Assembly (NCBI GenBank): GCA_964431555.1
Contig: CAYSJW010000004.1
Coordinates: 9,951 to 73,950 of the forward strand
DNA: 64,000 bases
Direction of reading: 5' to 3'
DNA from: an uncultured Gammaproteobacteria bacterium
GTDB lineage: Bacteria; Patescibacteriota; Microgenomatia; UBA8517
A model generated the notes under the pieces. The model was not told where the DNA came from. It saw nothing but the letters and a program-made list of their open reading frames with translations, and searched no databases. The position numbers were made by a program, and so were the translations under genes. Within the stretch, counting starts at the first letter, position 1. Every line of letters begins with the position of its first letter. Shown here one piece after another: positions 28,475 to 38,847 of the stretch.

Positions 28475-29842
28475 CTATTTTAAAATTTTTACAGCCACTT
28501 TGAATTGATTTCCCCTATCTTTATAATCTTTAAACATATCAAAAGAAGCACAAGCTGGAGAAAATAAAACAATACCATTCTTTGGTGTTAATATTAAACT
28601 TTTTTTAACAATATCTTTCATACTTGCCTTACCCAATACTACGATTTTTCCCTTATAACCAATTTTCAACAAGGATTTCAAAATAATATCTGATACTTCA
28701 CCTATCAAAATAATATTTTTAATATTATCTCTTTTTACTATTTCTTTAGACATCAAATCATAAGACAGTCCTTTATCTGAACCTCCTAAAATTAAAGTCA
28801 TCTCTTCATTAAATGAATTAATTGCCGCAATGGTAGTGTTTGGATTAGTTGAAGATGAATCATTATAAAAACTAATACTATCCACCTTACCAATCAGCTC
28901 AAGCCGATGCTCCAACCCTTTAAATGATCTTATTACACTTTTAATCGATTTTATACTAGCCCCCGCCAAGTACGAAGAACAACATGCTGCCTGAACGTTT
29001 TCCCAGTTATGCTTACCTCTCAATAACAAATCACAAGTTTCTACTAATTTTTCTTTTCTATTCGCTATATTTAAAATCATATTTTCCCTTTCAATAAAAA
29101 CCCCATTTACCGGCTTCTTGCTACTAAAATATCTTACTTTAGCTTTGGTATACTTGGAAAATCTTCTTGAAGTCTCATAATCATAGTTTAATACTGCAAA
29201 ACATTCCCTTTCTTGGAATTTAACAATATTTAGTTTGGAATTTACATATTCTTTTTTATTTTTATGCCAGTCCAAATGATCCTCTGTAATATTTAAAACC
29301 ACAGATATATAGGGGCTTTTTCTCATATCAATTAACTGAAACGAAGAAAGTTCTAAAACCACCCAGGAATTAGAATTTACAACTTTCAAAAGTTCGAGTA
29401 CAGGATAACCTATATTTCCGGCGAGATATACATCAAAACCATCTTTCTTTAGAATTCTATAAATTAAAGTACTTGTAGTTCCTTTACCCTTGGTACCAGT
29501 AACTCCTATTATTTTCCCCGGACATAAATCAAAAAAAAGTTTTATTGCTGAAGTTATTATAACGCCTTCCTTTTCAGCCTCAATAATTTTAGGAAGAAAT
29601 CTGTAAACACCCGGGGACCTAAAAATATAATCATAACCCAATAATCCATCTTTTAAATAATCCTTGCCGAGGCAAAACTTTGTTCTTTTTAAATCTACTT
29701 TACTAAAATCCAACTCGTTTTTCGTTTTTTTATCATAAATAGTTATTTCACTATTATACTTAGATATAAATTTATAAACATCAAAACCATTAATTCCCCA
29801 TCCTAAAATAGCAACTTTCTTATCGTTAAAATCAATTAACAT
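28475..29842 (-). CDS. murD: MurD, UDP-MurNAc-L-Ala--D-Glu ligase
   Basis: KKVAILGWGINGFDV N-terminal; GVTGTKGKGTTSTL. Confidence 0.75.
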   Translation of the reverse strand: MLIDFNDKKVAILGWGINGFDVYKFISKYNSEITIYDKKTKNELDFSKVDLKRTKFCLGKDYLKDGLLGYDYIFRSPGVYRFLPKIIEAEKEGVIITSAIKLFFDLCPGKIIGVTGTKGKGTTSTLIYRILKKDGFDVYLAGNIGYPVLELLKVVNSNSWVVLELSSFQLIDMRKSPYISVVLNITEDHLDWHKNKKEYVNSKLNIVKFQERECFAVLNYDYETSRRFSKYTKAKVRYFSSKKPVNGVFIERENMILNIANRKEKLVETCDLLLRGKHNWENVQAACCSSYLAGASIKSIKSVIRSFKGLEHRLELIGKVDSISFYNDSSSTNPNTTIAAINSFNEEMTLILGGSDKGLSYDLMSKEIVKRDNIKNIILIGEVSDIILKSLLKIGYKGKIVVLGKASMKDIVKKSLILTPKNGIVLFSPACASFDMFKDYKDRGNQFKVAVKILK

Positions 29843-29852
29843 TAAAGGTATT

Positions 29853-31007
29853 TTATTTATTAAAAAGCTTCTTACTATCTTTGTAGACTGTTTTTATTTC
29901 TTTTTTCCTTTGAAGCCTTAATCTTTGTTGATTTAAAGTCTTAAATTCACCAATTTCATCATCGGAAAAACCCATTAAAAATATCTCAGGTACCAGCTCA
30001 ATCCCCAATTCTTTTTTTGCCTTACTATAAATGGTCTTTAAAACCTTAAGATAATCACGAGCAGTAGCTTTACCTTTATTGATAATAAAATTATGATGAT
30101 TCTCGGAAATCACAGCATCTCCTACTCCAAACCCGGTCATTTTTAAAACATGCTCAATAAGAAAACCCACAGAAGTCGTAGGAATTCCCAATTTCTCTTT
30201 TTGTTCTTGAGTTAAATTTTGAAAAGCACAACCTGGAGAGTTTCTTGGTTGAATACTTTTTCTCTTTTCCCATTCATACCTAACAAACTTAGCTCTATCA
30301 ACATCTCCTTTATAAAGCAAAAAATTTACATCCAAAATAACCTCACCCGTTACTTGAAACCGACTTTTATCATAATCTACTCCTAAGTCTTTTATATTTA
30401 AAGTCAAGATATCTCCCTTTTTATCAATAACTCTGACCGAATGAATAACTTCGCTTATAAAATGAGTTCCCCCGTGAATATTATTAAAAATAGCTCCTCC
30501 TATTGTTCCAGGAATACCTGCGAACCACTGTAAACCTGTAATTCCAAACTTAAACAAATAATCGATAGCTTCACCTAAACATACTCCGCTATCAATTCTG
30601 ACTTTAATCCTGGGGTAGCCACTTTCATCATAATCCAAATCTTTAAATTCGTACTTGAAAGAGCCAACCGATTTATCCGACTGCCAACGATACTGAGGAT
30701 GTTTTAATTTTCCAAGTTCAATTTTATTTCCACTACCCAAAATTTTAATACCATTACTTCTGTTCACAATTACCAATCCCTTTATGCCCTTATCTGAGAT
30801 CAAAACATTACTTCCACTTCCCAACACAGTTACAGGAATCCTTAATTTCCTTGCATATTTCAATGCTTTAAGTAATTCTTTTGTTGATAAAGTTTCAAAC
30901 AACAAATCAGCCGGACCTCCGATATTAAGGTAGGTGTAAGAAGAAAGCTTTTTATTTAAAACAGCTCTATCTCCTAATATCTCCTTAAGTTTATATATAT
31001 TATTCAT
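29853..31007 (-). CDS. murB: MurB, UDP-N-acetylenolpyruvoylglucosamine reductase
   Basis: LNIGGPADLLFE, VLGSGSNVLISDKG FAD-binding motifs. It carries a ~40 aa basic C-terminal extension. Confidence 0.75.
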   Translation of the reverse strand: MNNIYKLKEILGDRAVLNKKLSSYTYLNIGGPADLLFETLSTKELLKALKYARKLRIPVTVLGSGSNVLISDKGIKGLVIVNRSNGIKILGSGNKIELGKLKHPQYRWQSDKSVGSFKYEFKDLDYDESGYPRIKVRIDSGVCLGEAIDYLFKFGITGLQWFAGIPGTIGGAIFNNIHGGTHFISEVIHSVRVIDKKGDILTLNIKDLGVDYDKSRFQVTGEVILDVNFLLYKGDVDRAKFVRYEWEKRKSIQPRNSPGCAFQNLTQEQKEKLGIPTTSVGFLIEHVLKMTGFGVGDAVISENHHNFIINKGKATARDYLKVLKTIYSKAKKELGIELVPEIFLMGFSDDEIGEFKTLNQQRLRLQRKKEIKTVYKDSKKLFNK

Positions 31008-31030
31008 TTATATATTAATTATTAAACTAT

Positions 31031-32452
31031 TTACTTAAGCCCAAACTTCCTTAAAGATTCATAAATATGAAAAATATCACCCGCACCCAATGTAATAACT
31101 ACATCACCTTTTTTGATAAAATCCGACAGCCATTTTATAATCATATCCTTTTTAGGTAAATAATACGTATTTTCAGTATATTTTTTTATTTCTTCCACAA
31201 GTAACTTAGATGAAATTGTTTCATCCTTTGATTCTCTCGCAGACGAGTAAATTTCAGTTAAACATACAGTATCAGCATCCTTAAATGCTCTGGAAAATTC
31301 ATAAAACAATGCCTTCGTACGCGAAAAGGTATGGGGCTGAAATATTGCAATAATTCTGCGCTTTGTAAACCATCTTCGAGCGGCTCCTAGAATCGATACA
31401 ATTTCTGAGGGATGATGAGCGTAATCGTCGTAAAAAATGGCACCTTTATAAAAACCCATCCTCTGAAACCTCCTTCTACATCCCTTATATTTTTTTATCC
31501 CCCTTTTTATGTTATTTTCACAAATATTTAATATTAGACCAACTATGAAAGATGCTGTAGCATTCCTGACATTGTATTCGCCAGGCAAATTAATAACTAT
31601 ATCTTTGTAAATCTTTCTATTTCTCTTATCAAAAAGATCAAATAAAGTCCTTTGATCATCATTTCTGACATTAATTATCCGGTAATCTGATCTATCACTA
31701 AAACCATAGGTTAATATTTTTATTTTCAGGCTTTTAATAACCTCTTCTACGTTCGGATTATCAATACAGGCTATCAACGCCCCATTTTCAGGTATTTTAT
31801 TGAAGAACTTTTTAAAAGCCAACTTTGTTTCGGAAAAACTAGCATAAACGTCCGGATGATCATATTCTATGTTTGTCACAACCGTTATAAAAGGGTTTAA
31901 AAGCAAAAATTTTGGAGTGTTATTCACTCCAGGCGAGATTACATAATCATCCGCCTCACAAACGAAAAATTCTCCATTTTTGTCATAATGCCCGGGATTT
32001 CCCAAAGGAAATATTTCAGCAACACCAATAACATACGAAGGTCTTAATTTAGAATAGTGAAGCATTGTTGCAATTATAGATGAGGTAGTCGTTTTTCCAC
32101 CAACTCCACAGACGCTTATCACTTTTTTTTGGTTGGCCAAATTAGACATAAATTCGGCATATGATTTTACCGGAATATTTTTCTTTTTGGCTGATAATAC
32201 TTCTGGATTCAAAAAACCCTGATGAGCTGCGGTTGTAACCAAAAGATCAGGTTTTGGTCTTAAATTTTTCTCACCAAAACCTTCCTTCCATTTAATATTA
32301 TTCCTTTTTAACGTTTCATCCGTAACAAAGATTTCCGAAACATCACTACCGGTTATCTTCTTACACAAATCTTTAACACACAAACAAAGAGCTGTCATAC
32401 CCACACCCTTTATTCCTGTAAAATGAATGTGTTTAAGTTTGTCAATATCCAT
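31031..32452 (-). CDS. murC: MurC, UDP-MurNAc--L-Ala ligase
   Basis: HFTGIKGVGMTAL...GSD N-terminus; ISVCGVGGKTTTSS P-loop. Confidence 0.8.
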   Translation of the reverse strand: MDIDKLKHIHFTGIKGVGMTALCLCVKDLCKKITGSDVSEIFVTDETLKRNNIKWKEGFGEKNLRPKPDLLVTTAAHQGFLNPEVLSAKKKNIPVKSYAEFMSNLANQKKVISVCGVGGKTTTSSIIATMLHYSKLRPSYVIGVAEIFPLGNPGHYDKNGEFFVCEADDYVISPGVNNTPKFLLLNPFITVVTNIEYDHPDVYASFSETKLAFKKFFNKIPENGALIACIDNPNVEEVIKSLKIKILTYGFSDRSDYRIINVRNDDQRTLFDLFDKRNRKIYKDIVINLPGEYNVRNATASFIVGLILNICENNIKRGIKKYKGCRRRFQRMGFYKGAIFYDDYAHHPSEIVSILGAARRWFTKRRIIAIFQPHTFSRTKALFYEFSRAFKDADTVCLTEIYSSARESKDETISSKLLVEEIKKYTENTYYLPKKDMIIKWLSDFIKKGDVVITLGAGDIFHIYESLRKFGLK

Positions 32453-32475
32453 AAAATATTGTAAAAAATTAAATT

Positions 32476-33843
32476 TTAATTTCTAAATATCTTCTTGACA
32501 CCACCTTTCAAAGCAATTTTTACTGCTTCATAGTCTGACCAGGGATATTCTATATTCCTATAAGCCATACTTTTTTCATGACCTTTACCACAAATAACTA
32601 TAATATCATCTTTTTTGGCAATCTTTTGTAACACCAAAGATATTGCTTCTCCCCTTTCTGCAACTCTGCAAAAAAAATGTTCTCCCTTTCTTATATCCAG
32701 ATTTTCTAAGTTATGATAATTCATCTCTTTAGCTTTATTCCTCAATGCACCCACTACCATTTCGTCAATAATTTTCTCTACATCTTCATTTCTCGGATCT
32801 TCAGCCGTAAATACCGATATTTCTGCAATTCTCGCAGAAATACCACCCATTATACTTCTTTTCTCCCTGTATCTTTCTCCCGCACAACCAAAAATAACTA
32901 TCAATTTACCCTTCGTGATCAATTTTAGATATGACAATACATTTTCCAAAGAGTCAGGTGTGTGTGCAAAATCGATGAATATTCTAAAGCCTTTATTATT
33001 TTTTATCTCGTCAAGCCTTCCTTTAGGCAATTTAAACGATAAAAGCGATTTTAAAGCATCTTTCCTTTTAATTCCAATAATCCTGCCAGCCAAGACCGCC
33101 GCTTCAGCATTTAAATTATTGAAATAACCGGGAAAAATATCAATTTTTGTTACCTTTGGACAGATAATTTTTTTCTCACACGAATTAATAAATTTTAATT
33201 TTGTTTCCTTATATCTATTAAAAGTTTTATGATAATCCAAATGCTCCGGTGAAATATTGGTTAAAATCCCAATTCTAAAGAAGATTCCAGCAATTCTCAT
33301 TTGATCTATTCCATGAGAACTTACTTCCAAGATCGCATATTTTATGCCCTTATCAAGTATCTTCCTTAATATCTTATTTATCTCCAAAGGTCCGGGAGTA
33401 GTTACATGCAAACCGGGGTAAGTAATTGAGGAAATCATTCCACATTTTTTTCCCCAGTAATTAAGAATGTGATTTAGCATATGAACGGTGGTTGTTTTGC
33501 CTTTTGTTCCTGTTACTCCAATTACATAAAGTTTTCTACTTGGGTCACCATACCAAGACGATGCAACCTTAGCCAAAGCAAGGCGACTGTCTTTCACCTT
33601 GACATAGGTTATCTTTTTTAACCAATTAGATTCAGGTTCATTTTCTCCAATTACAGCTAATGCTCCTTTTTTAATAACCTGAGGTATAAAATTGTGTCCA
33701 TCATGAGTTAATCCTTTTACGGCTATAAAAAGACTTCCCTTTTTAGTTTTTCTTGAATCGTCACTGATTGAACTTAAAAGAATATTTTCTTTACCAAAAA
33801 TTTCGTAATTATCCAGTTTCTGAAGAATTTTTGATAGCCTCAT
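32476..33843 (-). CDS. murE: MurE, UDP-MurNAc-L-Ala-D-Glu--diamino acid ligase
   Basis: YVIGVTGTKGKTTT; DFAHTPDSLENVL (MurE signature). Confidence 0.8.
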   Translation of the reverse strand: MRLSKILQKLDNYEIFGKENILLSSISDDSRKTKKGSLFIAVKGLTHDGHNFIPQVIKKGALAVIGENEPESNWLKKITYVKVKDSRLALAKVASSWYGDPSRKLYVIGVTGTKGKTTTVHMLNHILNYWGKKCGMISSITYPGLHVTTPGPLEINKILRKILDKGIKYAILEVSSHGIDQMRIAGIFFRIGILTNISPEHLDYHKTFNRYKETKLKFINSCEKKIICPKVTKIDIFPGYFNNLNAEAAVLAGRIIGIKRKDALKSLLSFKLPKGRLDEIKNNKGFRIFIDFAHTPDSLENVLSYLKLITKGKLIVIFGCAGERYREKRSIMGGISARIAEISVFTAEDPRNEDVEKIIDEMVVGALRNKAKEMNYHNLENLDIRKGEHFFCRVAERGEAISLVLQKIAKKDDIIVICGKGHEKSMAYRNIEYPWSDYEAVKIALKGGVKKIFRN

Positions 33844-33858
33844 TTATTAATATAATTA

Positions 33859-35148
33859 CTAGGATATCTCCTCAATCTTTGCTCCTAGTTTTTGTAAATT
33901 TTCAGAAAAATGCGGGTGACCTCTATATAAAGACTCTGCGTTAAGAATAATCGATTCTCCTTCAGCAATCATAGAAGACATAACCATTGCTACCACAGCT
34001 CTTATTATATAAGGAGCTTCTAAAGTGTCACCATACAGTTTTCTTCCCGCCGTTACAATCACTCTGTGAGGATCTGCAATAATTACGTTCGCGCCAAGTT
34101 TTTGAAGTTCACTTACCCAAAAAAGGCCGCCTTCATACATCCAATTATGAAACATTACCTGACCCTTTGATGCCGACAAAGCCAAGGGTATAAAAATCGG
34201 CAGATTATCCACCATAAGTCCCGGCCAAGGCCTGGGTTTAATTAATAGATATCCTCTTCCTTCCTCCTCCTTAATAATTACTTTTTGATTCTTTTCAACA
34301 TAAGCTGAATCACCATCATATTTAATATCCACTCCAAATGATTCAAAAGTTTGTCTTATCGGCTCAAAAGACCATTTATTTACACCATTCACCCTTACAA
34401 AGCCGCCCGTCGAAGCTCCCATAGCCAAAAATGTTGCCACTTCATGATCATCGAAAACAATCTTATACTCGTGAGGAGTAAGTTGACTGCCACCTTCGAC
34501 TTCCAAAATACTCGAAGCTATTCCCTTAATTTTTGCGCCGCAAGAGACCAAAAAATTACACAAATCTTGTACCTGCGGTTCTGACGCAGCTCCAACAATT
34601 TTCGTCTTACCCTTTAGACCTACAGCCAGCATAATGACGTTTTCGGTTGCAGTTGGACTCATCTCTCTTAAAAATATCTCTCTGCCACAAGCCTCTGATA
34701 TATCCATCCTCGCACTATGCCTATCTTCATTAACTTTTACACCCAAATCTGAAAAAGCTCGGTAATGTGGAGTCAAGGTTCTAAAACCAAGCGTGCATCC
34801 GCCCGGCAAACCCTCAAAGACAACTCTACCAAACCTTGCCAACATCGGACCCCAAAGTAGTGAAATACCTTTCATATTCCCCAAATCTTCTTTTGTTAAT
34901 TCATCAAATCTCAATTTTGAGTTATCTATGGTAATTTTCCCAATACTCCTCTCATAATCTATCTTGCTCCCTAACTTCTTTAACACACTAATCAATCTTT
35001 CCACATCGGAAATGTCTGGAATATTTGAAAAAGTAACAGGTTTATCAAAAAGTATAGAAGAAGGTATTAAACAGACTGCCGAATTCTTATAGCCGGAAAT
35101 ATTTACCGTACCAGATAATACCTGACCGCCTTGAACCCTGATATTCAT
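33859..35148 (-). CDS. murA: MurA, UDP-GlcNAc 1-carboxyvinyltransferase
   Basis: MNIRVQGGQVLSGTVNISGYKNSAV...NIPDISDV, the MurA/EPSP-synthase fold. Confidence 0.8.
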   Translation of the reverse strand: MNIRVQGGQVLSGTVNISGYKNSAVCLIPSSILFDKPVTFSNIPDISDVERLISVLKKLGSKIDYERSIGKITIDNSKLRFDELTKEDLGNMKGISLLWGPMLARFGRVVFEGLPGGCTLGFRTLTPHYRAFSDLGVKVNEDRHSARMDISEACGREIFLREMSPTATENVIMLAVGLKGKTKIVGAASEPQVQDLCNFLVSCGAKIKGIASSILEVEGGSQLTPHEYKIVFDDHEVATFLAMGASTGGFVRVNGVNKWSFEPIRQTFESFGVDIKYDGDSAYVEKNQKVIIKEEEGRGYLLIKPRPWPGLMVDNLPIFIPLALSASKGQVMFHNWMYEGGLFWVSELQKLGANVIIADPHRVIVTAGRKLYGDTLEAPYIIRAVVAMVMSSMIAEGESIILNAESLYRGHPHFSENLQKLGAKIEEIS

Positions 35149-35179
35149 AAAATTTATAAATTATTTTAGCACACTTTAT

Positions 35180-36970
35180 CTAGTTTTTTGGTTGAATACC
35201 AAAATGTATAAAAAGATCTTTGGCAATAGAATACCATAAAGGAGCAGCGGTCTCTGAAGCCCAGGGAGAACTTTGAGGCTCTCTTAAAGTAACAAGCATA
35301 ACAAACTTCGGATCCTCATAAGGCGCAAAACCTATAAAACTGGCTATTGTTTTTTCTTCATCATAATGGCCTTTTATGGGAATTTGAGCCGTTCCCGTCT
35401 TCCCAGCAACTCTAAACCCTTTAAGATTCGTCCATTTTGACTCACCTTTTTCTGCCGCTTGAACCATCATCGTGGTTATTTCCCTAGCCGCCCTTTCAGA
35501 AATGATTCTCTTTCCAGTATCTTTTTTTACGTCCATTTCCCAACCATCTCCTACTATTTTATTCACCACTTTAGGCTTTAAAATTACACCTTTGTTGGCA
35601 ATTGCCCCCACCGCTCTGATCATCTGAATTGGAGTTACAGCTACTCCCTGACCAAAACTTGCCGTAGCAAGATCAATCAAACCCCAATCCTCTTTTTTCC
35701 GCAATCCAGGATTCATCTCTCCCTGTAAATCAATTTCCGTCTTTTCTCCTATTCCAAATAAACTCAAATACTTTAACATTTTGTCTACACCCAATTTTTG
35801 TCCAACAAAAACCATACCAACATTATCCGAGTGAATGATAACATCAGTCATATTAGACTCCGGATAATAAACCTTGTTCCAAGTTTCAATTGTATATTTA
35901 TCAATTTTAATCGGTCCTTTACACAAATCACACTTGGTACTAGGTTCGACAACCTTCGCATCCAAAGCAGACGCCATAATCAATACTTTAAAAATCGAAC
36001 CAGGTTCAAAAGACACAGCTATCGCAGGATTTTGAAAAAGTTGATCGTTAAAATTAAAGTATTTTCGAGGATCATACGAAGGGTAAGAACTCATAGCAAT
36101 AATTCCTCCAGTTTTTGGATCCATTACTATTGCAGTACCACCTTTCGCGCCATATCTTTCAATTCCTTCCCTTAACTTTTTATCTAATTTCAAATTAACA
36201 CCCCTATCAATATATGTTAACAAATCCGCTCCCTTTATAGCCAGCATTTCTTTAAAATTCTCACCTGCAATAGGCAACCCTGTTGCATCACTATCCCTCA
36301 CCAGATAACCAGGCTTACCTGAAAGAACAATATCATAGTATCCCTCAAGGCCAAAGTATCCTTGATCACCGCCGTTACTATTTTTTCCAACAAAACCTAA
36401 AAGATGTGCCGAGATTGAAGCTTCAGGATAATATCTTACCTCCTGCTCTTCAAAACCAATACCCTTTATCCCCATTTTTTGGATTTTTTCTTTAACCGAT
36501 GTTTCGACTCTTTGTTTTAATGGAGCCCAAACTATCTTCTTTTTACTCAAAACTTCCTTGATTCTATTCGATTCAGAAAGTAGTGCATCTTTATCATCGA
36601 CATTCTCAACAAATAAAGGAGAAAGTCTATCAGCAATCGAATCTATCTGCTCTTCAATTTCTGGTAAATTTGCGAAGATCAGCCAACTTTCCTTTGAAAC
36701 TGCCAAATAACTTTTATCTGAAGCTAAAATGCTTCCTCTTGGAGCATTGATTTTCAGGCTAGATTGTTGCTGCATTTTGGCTTGAATTGATAATTCCTCA
36801 TTCTTACTAATCTGCCAATAGTAAAGCCTAACCAACAAAACAAAAAAAATGAAAAAAATAAAAGTAAAAAGAAGTTTTAATCGCAAAAGCATTTCATTGA
36901 GCTTTGGCAAAAGTACTACTACCGGACTGTATATAAATGAACTTTTCAGGCTGAACAAAACCAAGGTCAC
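35180..36970 (-). CDS. ftsI: FtsI / class B PBP transpeptidase
   Basis: SIFK (SxxK), SDN (SxN), KTGTA (KTG). The longest ORF overlaps ftsL by 77 nt. The likely true start is Met27 (about 36892), which abuts the ftsL stop. Confidence 0.8.
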   Translation of the reverse strand: MTLVLFSLKSSFIYSPVVVLLPKLNEMLLRLKLLFTFIFFIFFVLLVRLYYWQISKNEELSIQAKMQQQSSLKINAPRGSILASDKSYLAVSKESWLIFANLPEIEEQIDSIADRLSPLFVENVDDKDALLSESNRIKEVLSKKKIVWAPLKQRVETSVKEKIQKMGIKGIGFEEQEVRYYPEASISAHLLGFVGKNSNGGDQGYFGLEGYYDIVLSGKPGYLVRDSDATGLPIAGENFKEMLAIKGADLLTYIDRGVNLKLDKKLREGIERYGAKGGTAIVMDPKTGGIIAMSSYPSYDPRKYFNFNDQLFQNPAIAVSFEPGSIFKVLIMASALDAKVVEPSTKCDLCKGPIKIDKYTIETWNKVYYPESNMTDVIIHSDNVGMVFVGQKLGVDKMLKYLSLFGIGEKTEIDLQGEMNPGLRKKEDWGLIDLATASFGQGVAVTPIQMIRAVGAIANKGVILKPKVVNKIVGDGWEMDVKKDTGKRIISERAAREITTMMVQAAEKGESKWTNLKGFRVAGKTGTAQIPIKGHYDEEKTIASFIGFAPYEDPKFVMLVTLREPQSSPWASETAAPLWYSIAKDLFIHFGIQPKN

Positions 36971-37211
36971 TGGAGGATTTTTCTAAATTAACTAAAGAAT
37001 TAAGTGAAACAAGCTCATTTGATAACAAATTAACCGACTTATCCAAATCCCTTATTTTTTCCTCATGCATATACATTTGAACACCCATCGAAGAAATCTG
37101 AATCGCAAAGTAGACATTTAAAATCAGTAAAAATAAATCAAAAAACCAAAACAAACTACACTTAAGATTTCTAATAGCTGCAAACTTATTTTTTCTATAT
37201 TTTGTTTTCAT
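36894..37211 (-). CDS. ftsL: FtsL-like small bitopic division protein
   Basis: 105 aa with one TM and a coiled-coil. It sits between rsmH and ftsI. Confidence 0.4.
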   Translation of the reverse strand: MKTKYRKNKFAAIRNLKCSLFWFFDLFLLILNVYFAIQISSMGVQMYMHEEKIRDLDKSVNLLSNELVSLNSLVNLEKSSSDLGFVQPEKFIYIQSGSSTFAKAQ

Positions 37212-38182
37212 AATTTCTCAATTATCCGCATTCTTGCACTTTTAGATCTAGGATTTTCCGATATTTCCCTATATGATGGTAGAATAGGTTTTTTACTTAA
37301 ATTCTTCGCCTTTCCTAAAACCTCTTGTTGCCTAAAAAATTGTTTTACAATTCTATCTTCACCCGAATGAAAGCTAATCACAACAATCCTGCCACCCCTC
37401 TCAAGAACCTCAAATGCTAAAGACAAACCTGAAAGCAAATTTTCCCTTTCATTGTTTACCGCCATTCTTAAAGCAAGTAAAGCCAAAGCCGCCGTATTAA
37501 TGCTTCTTTTTGATTTTTCCAATCGCTTTAGTATCTGCAAAAAATCCCCAACAGTCTCAATCGGCTTAATTTTCCTAACTCTCACTATTTCATTTGCCAG
37601 CTTCAAAGAAGCTCCAAAAGGCATCACCTGACTAAAAACTTCGGTAAGCTTTTTCTTGTCCAATAAGGCGATAAGATCCTTAGCTAAAACTTTCTGGCTT
37701 TCAGGGTCAATTCTCATATCAAGGTCTTGATCCTCATTTTTGTATGAAAATCCCCTTTTAAGGTGGTCAAGCTGAAAACTTGAAATGCCAAGGTCGAAAA
37801 GAAATCCCTTAATATTTTTGCCTTCAAATTCTTGAATCAAACTTTTTATTTGTGAAAAATTGCCGTGAAGAAGTTTATAACACCTTCCACCGGAAATGTG
37901 GAAGGTAGGGCAGGCTTTTTTCAAAACTTCCTCGGCAATTTTTAAACTCTCTCTATCCGCATCAATCCCTATAACAAAAACTCCCCTTTTCACAAATTCT
38001 TTAGCGTGACCTCCTAAGCCAACTGTTGCATCTACGATGCAAAGATTTTTTAAATGTGCACCCTTTCCAATCTCAAAAGCCTCAAGAACTTCTTTAACCA
38101 TTACTGGTTTATGAAACTCTTGACTTGCAATTATTTTTTTCATGACGCTTTTGAGTCGGTGAAGGTTTAAAATCCTGAGCAC
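37208..38182 (-). CDS. rsmH: RsmH (MraW) 16S rRNA m4C1402 methyltransferase
   Basis: VDATVGLGGHAKEF; FHSGEDRIVK. Confidence 0.8.
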   Translation of the reverse strand: MLRILNLHRLKSVMKKIIASQEFHKPVMVKEVLEAFEIGKGAHLKNLCIVDATVGLGGHAKEFVKRGVFVIGIDADRESLKIAEEVLKKACPTFHISGGRCYKLLHGNFSQIKSLIQEFEGKNIKGFLFDLGISSFQLDHLKRGFSYKNEDQDLDMRIDPESQKVLAKDLIALLDKKKLTEVFSQVMPFGASLKLANEIVRVRKIKPIETVGDFLQILKRLEKSKRSINTAALALLALRMAVNNERENLLSGLSLAFEVLERGGRIVVISFHSGEDRIVKQFFRQQEVLGKAKNLSKKPILPSYREISENPRSKSARMRIIEKL

Positions 38183-38254
38183 TATTCATAAACAGAATAA
38201 ATGTTCTGAAATTTACCTTAAAAACATTCTTATGATGATTAAATATTTCTTGTA

Positions 38255-38689
38255 TCATTTTTCATTTAAATAAATCTCCTCAATCGCTTTTGATGCCGAT
38301 TCTTTTAAAGTCTCGTTAAGACTTTTCCACTTTTCCAGAGACCATATTTCAACTCTGTCCCCCAAACCTAAAAACACTACGTCATTTTTTATACCAGAAT
38401 AGTCTTTTAAAACCTCTGGCAAAATAAATCTTCCTTGGCTATCAAGACTAACTTCATACGCCGAACCTAAAATAAATCTATCAATATCCCTGACTGGTTT
38501 TGTTATCAAACCTGTTTTACCAATTAACCTTTTTGACAAATCCCGCCAAGATTTTAAAGAAACCAAAACAAGACAATTTTCGTACCATTTAGCAACAATA
38601 AGTTCATTTCCCAAATCAATTCTTAATTTTTTTGGTACGGCTAGTCTATCTTTATCTGTTAATTTACTTACATACTGCCCAATAAGCAT
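38255..38689 (-). CDS. mraZ: MraZ transcriptional regulator
   Basis: MLIGQYVSKLTDKDRLAVPKKLR; duplicated MraZ/SpoVT-AbrB-like halves. 144 aa. Confidence 0.75.
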   Translation of the reverse strand: MLIGQYVSKLTDKDRLAVPKKLRIDLGNELIVAKWYENCLVLVSLKSWRDLSKRLIGKTGLITKPVRDIDRFILGSAYEVSLDSQGRFILPEVLKDYSGIKNDVVFLGLGDRVEIWSLEKWKSLNETLKESASKAIEEIYLNEK

Positions 38690-38720
38690 TTTAATTAGTC
38701 GGGCAGATATACTTATGTAT

Positions 38721-38772
38721 ATTTTTCACCACTTTTCACCAATTATAACCATTTTTATATATTTTCACATAT
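38721..38772 (-). promoter_or_regulatory. Candidate mraZ promoter/operator: minus-strand -10 TATAAT, followed by 10-bp-phased GTGAAAA direct repeats
   Basis: Minus strand reads aTGTGAAAAT-ATATAAAAAT-GGTTATAATT-GGTGAAAAGT-GGTGAAAAAT. Repeats 1, 4 and 5 share (G)TGAAAA. Confidence 0.4.
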
Positions 38773-38847
38773 ATGTCAATATGTAGCAATACCGAGTGTG
38801 AACACTAGATATAGTGATATTCAAGAAGAATAAAAAAACCTAAAATA

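Noticed and set aside
35180-36970. A real 77-nt ftsL/ftsI gene overlap
   Set aside because: The first 26 codons of the longest ftsI ORF precede the TM helix. An internal Met (about 36892) gives a start that abuts the ftsL stop. The overlap is probably an artefact of longest-ORF calling.
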